A stretch of DNA of 64,000 nt from NCBI GenBank assembly GCA_002269645.1, contig NIVC01000414.1:1-64000 (forward strand), written 5' to 3'. The translations under genes and the position numbers were made by a program. The notes under the pieces are model-generated. The model did not search any database and was not told the DNA's origin. It saw nothing but the letters and a program-made list of their open reading frames with translations. The stretch is from Macrostomum lignano. Taxonomy: Eukaryota. This document shows, piece by piece, positions 50,186 through 61,389 of this stretch. Each line of letters opens with the position of its first letter. Position 1 is the first letter of the stretch.

Positions 50186-50259
50186 AAAGAGCATCCGGTG
50201 CAACACACTAGTGAATTTTGAACCCTATTTAGGTCATCAATCGCCAAGCATTGAGTGAA

Positions 50260-53200
50260 TCACTGCATACAAGAGTCGGCAAAGCTCAGGAACCGCTTAG
50301 CATACTGCTCAGGCGGCACAGTGCTAAATGCGTTATCCACGCCTCCAGCTGCTGGGTACCGCATCCTCTTGCAGGCGCACGCGGCCCGCTTTACCAGCCC
50401 GTAGTCTGTCAGGATGTCAATCATCCCGATGCTGTAGAATCGAGTCGGCCGTCCAGCTGAACTGGGCGAAGGTTCGGCCACATCGCTTGGCAGATGCTGC
50501 TTGATCAGGAAGCGATTGAACTGCTGCGCCTCGGCTGACGGCAGCTGGTCTGAGCCTTGGGGGCGAGATGGGTGAGATTCATTCATGAGGGATGCTGTGT
50601 GCTTACTGTAGAATGCTGTAAATTACTGTATGATGCTGTATGCCTACTGTAGGATGCTGAAGAGTTACTGTACGCATGGCTCTAAATACACGTACTGTCT
50701 TTAGAACTGTAAGGTTGCGCATTGAAATGGTTAGACAAAAGCAGAAATTTACAGTCAGTCTGGCGGTCCTCTTTAGAGACGTCCGCCCACTCGTGCACGC
50801 CAACCAACAGCGAGTAGTCCATGATGTTGTGCCGCTCCAGAAATGCCACATCCCGTCGAAGGCGTTCCATAATGGCGCTCTTGACTTCTGGACCGACGTT
50901 GAGGCAGTCGGCGGCCCTGATGAAGTCCAAGTCTTTCAGGGTTGGGACAGCGTGGCCCGCAGTGTCAGCTGTGGTCGCCCTTCGGGCCACTCGACTGCCT
51001 TTTAAGTCGTATTTTCTGATCAAAGGGTGGCCGCTGTTGAATACAGAGCTGCCGCAAGGGATAAGGGTTTAGGTTGCCATTGATTGACAGGTGAAATATA
51101 ATAAAAGTTCGTGCGAGGGCCAGTGCTGTGCGTGTGCACTCTATAAACGGAGGTATGTAGTAAAGGACATCACACATGTAACTCACAGCAACTCACTTCT
51201 TCACTTATTAGCCAAGTCTGTTAATCAGTTTGCCCTTTAAACACACAGCTCATTTAAACACAACCCATTTAAACACAGCTCATTTAAACACACCAGCCCT
51301 TTAAACAAACAGCTTATTTAACACACCACCCTATAAACACACAGCTCATTTAAACACAACAGTCCTATAAACACATTTAAACACACCAGCTCTATAAACA
51401 CACAACCAATTTAAACACAACAGTCCTATAAACTCAAGAGCCCTTTAAACACAAAACCTTTAAACCTTCTTTAAACACAACCTTTAAACACAAGACGGTA
51501 AAAACAAACCGTCTAAACCAGGGAAGACAAGATCCGTCTAAAAGCACAGTCCATTTAAACATCCGCTTTTTTGCACAGATCAATACACAATCCCTTTAAA
51601 GACATCCCAATAAACGTACAAATCCTTAATAAACAGATCTAATACTCATGGCTAAGCAACATGGCGCACGCAAAATCAAACCCAAACTTCAGCCCAATGT
51701 ATTTGCAGCAAATAATTACTTTCAATACTGTTTTCATGTGCACCATGCTAGGAGATCATGCTCGATAATACGTGGCAAGTAGGCAGAAGTTTTAAATATT
51801 TTAAAGAATCTATCTATATAGAAAAAAGAGATTCTTATAGTATACAGTAAACTAAATTTTAGCTAAAACTAAAATTTTGTGAGATTTGTGCTATAAAATA
51901 GACTCAATAATTTGAGGCTTGATTCAAAAAGTAACGGAGAGTTTTGTCATAACTTTTGAATATGAATAATAATAATTGTAAATGTTTAGTTATGTCTATT
52001 GTTAAGTTCTATGCTTGGTCTACATATAGTTTAGTACTCAAATTATTATAACCTTAAAGGATCGCTCATCTGAAAGCGAGTCCATGGAAAAGATTGTTAA
52101 AAAATTGGGATATCCCTCATGAATTTCATTGGATGCTGGAACCCATTAATAGTCCCCCTAAGTTCTTAATGTACTTGTACTTGGGGGAAATGCTAATTTC
52201 TTTCCCCTTAAGCCGTCGTGGTACAGAGGAAGAAAGCAGTTATAGATGTCTAACGTTAATCGTGACTTTGGAATTTCCTTTGCGTACAAGCTTCAGCCAA
52301 TAAGAACTTAGGGGGGTCTATTATCGAATTCCAACAGCCAATGAAATTCATGGGGGGAATCCTAATTTTTAGGAAGTCTTGGCCATAGACCCGCTTTCAG
52401 ATGAGCGATCCTTTCTATTCTTTCATCCATGATTGGTAGCTGCGGGCATTTGTCTATGGTAAGAGACCAACATTTTCAAGTCAATGAAAAAGTTTAAGAA
52501 CTTTGAAGCTGTTGCACTCAGCTGCACCTGACACTGACTTCTCTATCTGCTGTCTATGGGAAAAGTTGCCCAGGACTTTTTATTGATCGCTTTTAAGCTG
52601 TAAAGAGCCGGTAAAGTTTTTTTGTTAACTATACCATTTTTATAATTAGAAAACTTTGGCGGATGCGACTTCCATTTTAGCAACGCAAAAATTAACATTT
52701 ATTGCCAAACGCTTATCACAAAAATTTTTGATTATTAATCTCGAGGTCTGGACTTACTTGCAAGATATCACTGACACACATGGTGGGCTGATAAAGTTGA
52801 AACTGAAGCTGTTATTGCTGTCCATGGTAACAAAATTGCTAGGTCTCGTAAACATTTAAGAATTATAACGAAATTCTCCGTGACTTTTGAAACACCCCAA
52901 GTCGATGCTGGGCTATAATATCTCGAACGGATTATAGGTAGGGGAAAGTAAGGATTGCTATAAAAATTTGAAGTCAATTTGAATCTATGCCATCAGACTC
53001 ACTTAGCATGGCCTCTGTAATTAATAAATATAAATTCAAAACAATTAAATAAAAAGGCAATAGAATTTCGGACTCTTATCTAACGAATCCTTATACTAAA
53101 CTAGCAGTGACCAGTAGTAAATTTCATAAAACTGGACTCAAGCTTTGCTCCTGCTCTGTGGGGATTTAGAAATTTTATGCATACAAATGCTGTATGTACG

Positions 53201-55187
53201 CTTATAATAGTGGTGATAGCTAACGAATACACGAATCTGGTGCACTATTACAAGTAATACGACTCATTTTTTAATGATCAGCTCATCGATGATTAATAGC
53301 ATAGGTGAATGACCATTAACTATAAAGATTAAAAAAATATAGCCCAAAACTGGGTTATAATTTGAACGAAAATGGAGTTTAATAACAATAGTTTAAATGC
53401 TGAACATTAACAAATAAAACCACTCAAACAATTACTATTAATAAAAAAATCCCTAACTCAGCATCAACTCACTGTAACAAAAATAAGCACGAGTCACCAT
53501 GACCCTTCACTAACTACTAAGTATGGTTCTTTAATTATTAGGGATATGAATATCAAGCTTCACTGATCATGAAAACTGAGCTGACCTAAAATGATCATGA
53601 ATACTAAGCTATGACCCTTTAATGACCATAACTGCTGAGCTATGACCCTTTAATGACTATGACTGCTGGGATATGACCCTTTAATGACCATGACTGCTGA
53701 GTTATGACCCTTTAATGACCATGGCTGCTGGGATATGACCCTTTAATGACCATAACTGCTGAGCTATGACCCTTTAATGACTATGACTGCTGGGATATGA
53801 CCCTTTAATGAGTCTGACTACTGAGCTATGACCCTTTAATGACCATGACTGCTGGGATATGACCTTTTAATGACTCTGACTGCTGAGCTATGACCTTTTA
53901 ATGACCATGGCTGCTGGGATATGACCCTTTAATGACTCTGACTACTGAGCTATGACCCTTTAATGACCATGGCTGCTGGGTTATGACCCTTTAATCACCA
54001 TGACTGCTGGGACATGACCCTTTAATGACCATGGCTGCTGGGATATGACTCTTTAATGACTATGGCTACTGGGATATGACCATTTAATGACCATAACTGC
54101 TGAGCTATGACCCTTTAATGACCATAACTGCTGAGCTATGACTCTTTAATGACCATGAATGCAGAGCTATGACCCTTTAATGACCATGACTGCTGGGATA
54201 TGAGTCTATGACCCTTTAATGATCATGACTGCATAGCTATGACCTTTCAATGACCATGACTGCAGAGCTATGACCCTTTAATGACCATGACTGCAGAGCT
54301 ATGACCCTTCACCGAACCTTTACCACAATAATAGAACTCACCGCATAAACAGGATGTAGAACTTTGACCCGCTCATTGTAATTCTATACAGAGCCATCAG
54401 CTGCGGCAACAAAGTGTCGGTCTGACAGTCGGTCACGTGATTCCAATAAGACGACAGCATCCGTTTAAGAGCGCCAGCTTCGCTTCGCTCAATAGTTTTA
54501 GCAAAGAAGGCGCCATCAGCCGAGCGCAGAAACCTGCTAGACGAATGGCCGCGCGAGTCGCTGTCCCAGGCTGGCAGCTGCACAGTCCAGGCTGCTCGGA
54601 AATCTTCGCTGCAGCTGCCGCCGCCGCCTCTGCCATCAACTGAATAGACATTTGATGAGCCGAACTCCCGGCGCAGATGAGCAAACACCCGAGGGCAGTA
54701 CTCTTTGAATTGGAAGCTGGCCGGCATGCCGCAGCTACTGTTTGGGGTGTGGAAATAAAATTGGGATATTTGCTGTACCGCCAGTGTATTTGGCAAATCC
54801 GTGCCCTAGATGCGCCTGTATTCGGCCTTCAGGTCTTTTGAACTTCTCTCTTGCCCTTTATTCTTAACACCAAACACTTACAACCGAACACTTACACTCG
54901 AAAATGCTCCATAGATACAGTCACTTTGTGAACTCCAATAAAATCTTCCGCAACAAGAGCCTCTTCTTTTGCGCTGGAATCCAACTGGCTGAGCTAAAAA
55001 TTTATATTGATTGTGCAAGGCTGAACAGACTATTGAAATTCAATTTCTATATTAAAGCACACACACTACTTACACTATAATTCACACTCCATGACATGAC
55101 CAATTTGAGCTGTTTAGCTGTTGCACAGAGTTCAGGATCTGAACAGGTGCACTGAGAGCCATTTCTCTTATCTGTGTGCTTGTCCAT
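50260..55187 (-). CDS. PIP4K2: Phosphatidylinositol 5-phosphate 4-kinase (type II PIPK), 5 exons: 55187-55074, 54993-54896, 54737-54342, 51048-50753, 50594-50260; 412 aa
   Basis: SDP..VMSWSVNYS, EDF..KV.V, FQFKEYCP.VF..LR..FG, SGSK, KYDLKGS, TLKDLDF, FL....IMDYSLLVGVH, IGMIDILT.Y, KRAACACK..STVPPEQYAKRF. GT-AG junctions in phase; total 1239 nt. Confidence 0.92.
51230..51560. repeat. ~17-18-bp degenerate minisatellite TTTAAACACACAGCTCA in PIP4K intron 3
   Basis: Repeated TTTAAACAC / TATAAACAC. Confidence 0.85.
52056..52414. mobile_element. MITE-like element with ~110-bp imperfect inverted termini
   Basis: AAAGGATCGCTCATCTGAAAGCG..ATGAATTTCATTGG..CCCCCTAAGTTCTTA mirrored at 52300-52414. TTAA on the left only. 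Confidence 0.8.
53590..54312. repeat. 31-bp minisatellite CTATGACCCTTTAATGACCATGACTGCTG(A/G)G (~23 units) in PIP4K intron 3
   Basis: Direct tandem repetition ending ~30 nt from the exon-3 donor. Confidence 0.97.
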
Positions 55188-56344
55188 CTAGTTTGGACAC
55201 CATGAAAAACAGCTCGTGCTGGCAGAGCTGTCAGCTAAAATAGAGCCAAATGATTCACAATATGAGTGCCAATATCAATTACCTCTATTCTAATAATGAT
55301 AAGCCTAGACTCAAACATTAAGATAAACCTAGATTTCTTTATATATCTTAAGAGGATGAAAAGTACTAAAAATAGGGGTGTATTCAATTAGTATTTTTAC
55401 TTAATGCAAAACTACAAGATTTGGCTTTAATGCATGTCATCTTACTTTTAAAGTATAAAACAATAGTATTCATATATAAAACAAAGATAGTACAAAATAG
55501 ACAGCAATAATTGGCTAACTGCACTGGTTCTAATTAGAATTTTTTAGAAATTGTTCTAACTAAACATAAGAAAGCTTGAAATTGAAAATAATTTCTGATC
55601 CAACTATAATAAAATAAATTATATACCAAATAATATAGTAGAAAAGAGGAACCATAAAAAACAAATTGTAGGAGTTCATAGCTTTTTCAAAAAGAGACTT
55701 TTCTAGTAACATACATGATATTATTTGACCCTTAAAAACCAGATATATGTCAGTTATATAAAGAATTTACTTGAGTCTTTCAAGTTTCTAAAGAATTCCT
55801 AAAGAGAAAGCTTTCAGCCATAGATATTAGTCCCTTTGTCAAAAGATTTGATTTACTGAATTTCTATATCCAACTTGTTCATTTGCCAAAATAAGCTAAA
55901 CAATTGATCAGTATTTATGTGTAGACCCCATATTTAAAGTACATCAATACTTCCCTTCTATATCTATAGGCAATAGAAACAAAACAATTTATTCAAAATA
56001 ATCTTTAATTCATAGCTAAGTAAATAAACCAAATTTCAAGCCTACTATTATAACTGCATAAGTCTATTTACAGTTGGTTATAATTTATAAACTATAAATA
56101 TAGAAATATCTAAAACATAAGGCCTTATATTTAGATCTTGATTATAATTGTATTTAAATAGGGCCTATGAATAGTCATTATTTATACTAAAACTTTTTGT
56201 CTTTATCTATGAGAGATTATTATCATATATGCCCAACCTCAAAATTTCACCCATCTAGTGCAACTTAGTTTTGTCCAGATTTGCAACTTAGTTCCTCTCA
56301 ATTGTGACTCAGTACCCTAATTACGACTTAATTTTCACTTTGAA

Positions 56345-56560
56345 TATAACTTTTCTTGCTTTTTCTCTTTCTCTCTACTTTTCCCATCTTTCTTTCTTAC
56401 TCCTTTTACCCTTTCTCTCTTTCTTTCTCCTTTTCCCCTCTTTCTTTCTTACTCCTTTTACCCTTTCTCTCTTTCTTTCTCCTTTTCCCCTCTTTCTCTT
56501 TCCCCTCCTTTTTTTTCTTTTTCTTTTCTTCTCCTTTCTTTCTCTCCCAATTTTTGTTTT
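56345..56560. repeat. Polypyrimidine (CT/T) tract with an internal ~57-bp direct duplication
   Basis: TTTCTTACTCCTTTTACCCTTTCTCTCTTTCTTTCTCCTTTTCCCCTCTTTCT occurs twice. Confidence 0.8.
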
Positions 56561-56899
56561 TGTTTTTTTTATTTTGCAAATTACTTTGGCTAGTGGACAT
56601 TTTACCTATCTGGTTTGGATGGGTCAGACAAGTGTTGGGCATGTATGATTATTATCTATCTTTGATTTCTTCTATTTCTGTTACCATTGATTTCAGAAAA
56701 TGACTAAGACAGAAAATGTTCAACTTTGAATCCCTTGTGATCACTGTAATAAAAAATGGACTAATTCTAGTTCTAATAAAGATTACAACACCATATGAGG
56801 TTAGACTTTTATTTAAAGTCAATATATTGGTTTATTTGTAAATCTTACTTAAATTGTATTATAGTGAGGAAAACAATGTAGAGTTTGGCAATCTTTCCA

Positions 56900-57420
56900 T
56901 TTACAATCACCTTTTATTTTTCCAGTTTTGGTTTAAGATCACTTTGTATTTTGCGTACTACAGTGCAAAAATGGCATGTTCAAAACCAAGACATAAAAAC
57001 TGATGGTAGTTTCAAATGAAAAGAAATCAAAAGTTTGCTGATCAACTAACTTTGTTAATTTGAAATTGAAAAGATGTGTACATCAGTTCACTAGTAGCTT
57101 ATATATTTATCACCTTTGGTTTACAATCATCCAAAGCTGGCTCTAGGAAAGCATGTCAACCCTTAGTACACTTTCTTACTGCTAGCTTTGGTTTGTGATC
57201 ATTTCAATGGGCAATGTACATTTAGGTGATTGTAAAGTAAAGGTGAAATATAAGGTGCTATGACAATCTTACTATCTTTTGAAATAAACAAAGTCAGTTT
57301 GCCAACATTTGATTTTGTTTCATTGGAAACTATGGATTTTATATCTTACAACTGTTTCTGTGGTGATCATCACTGTTTAAGGTGATTATCATTGTTTGGG
57401 GTGATTGTAAACCAAAAGAA
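56900..57420. mobile_element. Diverged foldback/inverted-repeat relic
   Basis: 56990-57085 (GACATAAAAAC..AGTTTCAAATGAAAAGAAATCAAA..ACTTTGTT..AAAAGAT) mirrors 57260-57345; also the inverted pair TTTACAATCACC / GGTGATTGTAAA. Confidence 0.55.
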
Positions 57421-57769
57421 TGCCAAAAACACAATGTGGAAACATAGCATAAGACTGCATTGCAACTTAGTGTAATGAGTCTAGTATATTTTATATCATT
57501 TAGCACAGTTAGGGACTATTAGTATTAGTAGCATATGCTTGTATATGGTTGAGCAGCTATACACTTGTCAGACCTGGATGTTTAACTAGGCTAGGAATCC
57601 TTCTGTCTTATGATTACTAAGATGCGCAAACTGACACTCTGATTACATATTTATCACGTGTAGCAGTTTTCAATATACAGCTAAGATCTAAATCCAAGGC
57701 TGCTATACATTTATAGAAAAATACTATAAGTTGCATGTGTTTATTATTATTATTAGAGGCAGGGAGGTT

Positions 57770-57920
57770 GTGTGCACCCTGGCGCAATTTAAGCGTCATT
57801 GGCACACAACCGGCGAGAGGCATTACTGCCCATTCCGCTGACTCCCCTGAGCAGGCATACAAGCGCGCGGATACGTTACGCAGGCACACACTCACACAGG
57901 AGTGTACAGCGGCCCTAACT
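57770..57920 (-). mobile_element. 3' half of a SINE family B copy
   Basis: Minus strand AGGGCCGCTGTACACTCCTGTGTGAGTGTGTGCCTGCGT..GGCAGTAATGCCTCT..GTTGTGTGCCAAT, matching 7855-7990 and 21710-21790. Confidence 0.75.
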
Positions 57921-58654
57921 TGTGAGACCTTCAACATTCGATAATACAAAAACAATATAACAAAATTATGATGGTGGCAGTGCTACTTTACTACTGACAG
58001 TAACAATCCAAGCATATCAACAAACTACAAATTTTTCAGTGTCTAAGGAACCATTTGAACAACCATGCCGCTAAAAGACTGCTCAACTGCAAATCACAAC
58101 TACCTTCCCCCCGGAATTGAGAACCCAGCAGACGGAGTATCAAGGAGAAGTTAAACACATCTGTTTGTGGAATTTTCTAGCTTTACGAGTGCCGAGACAA
58201 CACAGGTGGCAATTCAAATGTGAAATCCACCCCACCTCATTGGTGTCAGCAACTAATTTCAAACTGCCAAATTTCCAAGAAAAGTTTCTCTACCCCCACC
58301 TCACATGCTCAAACATGAGTCTCATTTTTTGGAAACAAAATCTACTTAAACAAAATATTAAAACATATTATTAGAACTCTAGAATAAATTGACATATACA
58401 ACTATAACAGCATAAAGAATAGCATTTGATTCTATTAAAGTTCAAAGAAACACAATTGCTTCAAATTTTGAATTATTAAACTGTTACTATAAAAACTATA
58501 AAAACTTGATTTTTTATAGAATACAAAACCATATTAGTAATCAACTTAGTGAGAAGTTTGCTCATAAATATATTATAATTGGTCCTTGTGATTTTATTCT
58601 AATTGACTTGATATGAGTATTGAATATCATAAATGCTAAAATCCATGTCATTAA

Positions 58655-59194
58655 ATGTGTGGGTTCCTCGACAGATATTCACCCTGACAGATATTTTTTC
58701 TTCAGGCAGATAATTCAAACAAAAAATGAATTCATGTTTTGGGATGCATTCCTTACTCTGAGGCCATATTCAGCTTTAAAAATTTGTAAGCAGAAATTGT
58801 CCCAAAGAAAAAAAAATTGGCATGAATGCAAAGTGTGTCAAAAGACAAATTCATTGGCACCCCTTACAAACACATTTTGGAAGCAAATATCTTGGGAAAT
58901 ACAAAAGGGAATAATGGGTCTAAGATGTCATTGCAAAGCTGAGACGCGTCAAGTAGTAATAAAAGTTTCAGAGCAAATTATTGAAGCATTGAGACATAGC
59001 GATAAATCAAACTTTTTGTTGATCAACAATCTGCAACCAAGATAAACCAAAACTTTCTGCTTACAATTTTTTAAAGCTAGCTAGAGTAAGGAATGTATCC
59101 CAAAACATGAATTCATTTTTGTTTGAATTATCTGTCCAAAGAAAAAAATATCTGTTGAGTGTTGGGGTGAATATCTGTCGGGGAACCCACACAT
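58655..59194. mobile_element. Non-autonomous DNA transposon (540 bp), ~150-bp inverted termini, 8-bp TSD
   Basis: ATGTGTGGGTTCCTCGACAGATATTCACC / GGTGAATATCTGTCGGGGAACCCACACAT; GTCATTAA at 58647-58654 and 59195-59202. Confidence 0.88.
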
Positions 59195-59473
59195 GTCATT
59201 AATTCAATAAGAGCTATCTTAGATATAAATAGACTGAGCTGCAAATGTTGTGACCTATGATCAAATCTTAAAAGCATTAATTTAAAAAAATGATTTTATT
59301 ATTGCAAGGAAAACTTAATAAGAGAAGCTTTAAGTCCAACATAAAATATTGTGTTAATTACATTTAACATGAGTCTTGTTAAACAAAAAAGCCTCAAGTC
59401 AAACATAAAATGTCATGTTAACTATAAAAAAGTATCATGTCAAACCTAAAAGAATTATAATGGCAAACATAAG

Positions 59474-60300
59474 TGGCATTCTTTCGTTTTAGAAGACCCT
59501 CTATGTATCAAATTGGAAGCTGGCAGTTTCGAAAAAGAAGACCCGCCTAAAACATAGGAAGCTGCTCACATATTGTTGTCTATTATTTTGTTTGTTTATT
59601 CTTAATGGCTTTGTGTGTCCTTTATTATAGTTTATATTACAGTTTTGTTTTAGAAGACTGTCAAGCTACTATTTCATTGAAGGTCTTCCAAAATGAAGGT
59701 AGTAGGGGTGGCAGCAACAAAAGTTGCAGAAACGTTGGGTTTGTTTTCCTGTGTCGGCCTTGGGTACATTTTCTATGAATGTCTGATATATATAGTTTCG
59801 TTTTAAAAGACTGACAATGTTAAGCATCCATTAAAGGTCTTCCGAAACGAAAGTAAGGGATATGGAAACTTTTTTGAGAGGTCAAAGCTGCACCCAATGG
59901 ACATCACGATGTTCATTGTCGGTTACCTGTTGGAAATTCTGCAGATGTAAGCTTAACATAAAGGGCTCTTACTTTCATAATGCAAGACCTCCGTGTTGTA
60001 AATACTTAGGTGAAATGAGTTGGGTCTTCTTTTTCGAAGGTGAGGAGAAGTGCCAGGCTGGGTTAGTTTGACAGGCTGGGTATGAGATTGGTGGCATAAA
60101 CCCTTGCGATTACATTATAACAACTTTGTGTGAAATTAAGCACTGTCAATTAAAGCATCAACTTTGTGTGGAATTAACTTTTGCTACGCTTTCATTTTGT
60201 TAATGAATGCTTGTTTTTTGATTGATTTCTTCCCCTTTTCCATGGGTCTTCCATTACGAAAGTCACGCATTTTTGGGTCTTCTATAACGAAAGAATGCCA
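59474..60300. mobile_element. Non-autonomous DNA transposon (827 bp) with TG..CA ends and an apparent 6-bp TSD
   Basis: TGGCATTCTTTCGTTTTAGAAGACCC / GGGTCTTCTATAACGAAAGAATGCCA; CATAAG at 59468-59473 and 60301-60306; repeated subterminal TTCG..GAAGAC motifs. Confidence 0.8.
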
Positions 60301-61389
60301 CATAAGTCATAAGTTAGGCCCTTAACCAAAAAAGAATTGGTTTGTCAATTACAAAATACTCATAATGGACTTGCCAAGTTTTTAAGGCTCATGTCATGGC
60401 TTATAGAAGGAATCATAAAATTATTGGGGCTATAAAGGGAATTTCTAAAATGTTATAGCTCATGGTTCATGGCTAAAATTCTTTGACTATAAATAGGCCT
60501 AGGGTTAGAATTAAGGTGAAGGTTAGGCCCTAATCAATAAAAGAATTGTTATATCAAAATAAAATATTAAATTAATTGGGGAATTAATTCAATACTAAGG
60601 CTTATGATAAAGCAAATTGGTTTTGTTTTAAGGCTAATAAGGAGAACTACTATGAATAATTTTAAGACTTATTTAGAAAGGCCAAATAAAAACCACTAAG
60701 GTTATACTTATAAGTAAAGAATAGGCCAAAGACAAGGTACCTATCTTAGTTATTTATTTCTTATTAAAAACAATGAGAATAGGCCTAAATTGACTATAAA
60801 AGCATTTTATGTCATTGTGGTTTTCATATTTTGCATTTTCTTTTTTTGTCAACTAATTAGTCTGTCTATTTAAATTTAATTAAAAATCTGAAATATGAGT
60901 ATCCATTTTCCATGATTTCACTTGCTTGGCAGGACATTGTCTTGTCAAAGACCCCCAAATTGAGTGATACCCTTTGCCACTCTAAGGAGAAAGGGTCACA
61001 CAAAGCTGGGCTTGCCCGCTTTAAGGAGGGAGGGTCAGACAAAGCTAGGTTTAGAGTAGTTAGTTGCGCAAAATGCTTTCAAGATTTCTCCTCAATTTCA
61101 ATCAATTCACTCCATTTAGCATAGACTAAAGTAAAGGTCCATCTAATATTCAAAAGAACTGCAATTCATATAGCCTTGAGTTAGCCAATTATTCTGAATT
61201 TTTTTCATTTTGTGGACAGTGTCAAAGTAGATAATGGGTTTTACTCAGATTTGCACGATTGCTTGTCAGGGTGTTTCTGTGCATTCATATTCAAACATGT
61301 TAAAACAGTTTCTCTTACTAAAATGATTATCACAAATGAATATAACTATAGTATCGCTGCAGTCATGAATTATGGTTATTAGCTGAACA

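Noticed and set aside
43498-54312. Regular short repeats as a CRISPR array
   Set aside because: Units are head-to-tail with no unique spacers, there are no cas genes, and the context is eukaryotic.
56304-56703. Hydrophobic Phe/Leu-rich ORFs resembling membrane proteins
   Set aside because: They arise from a polypyrimidine tract.
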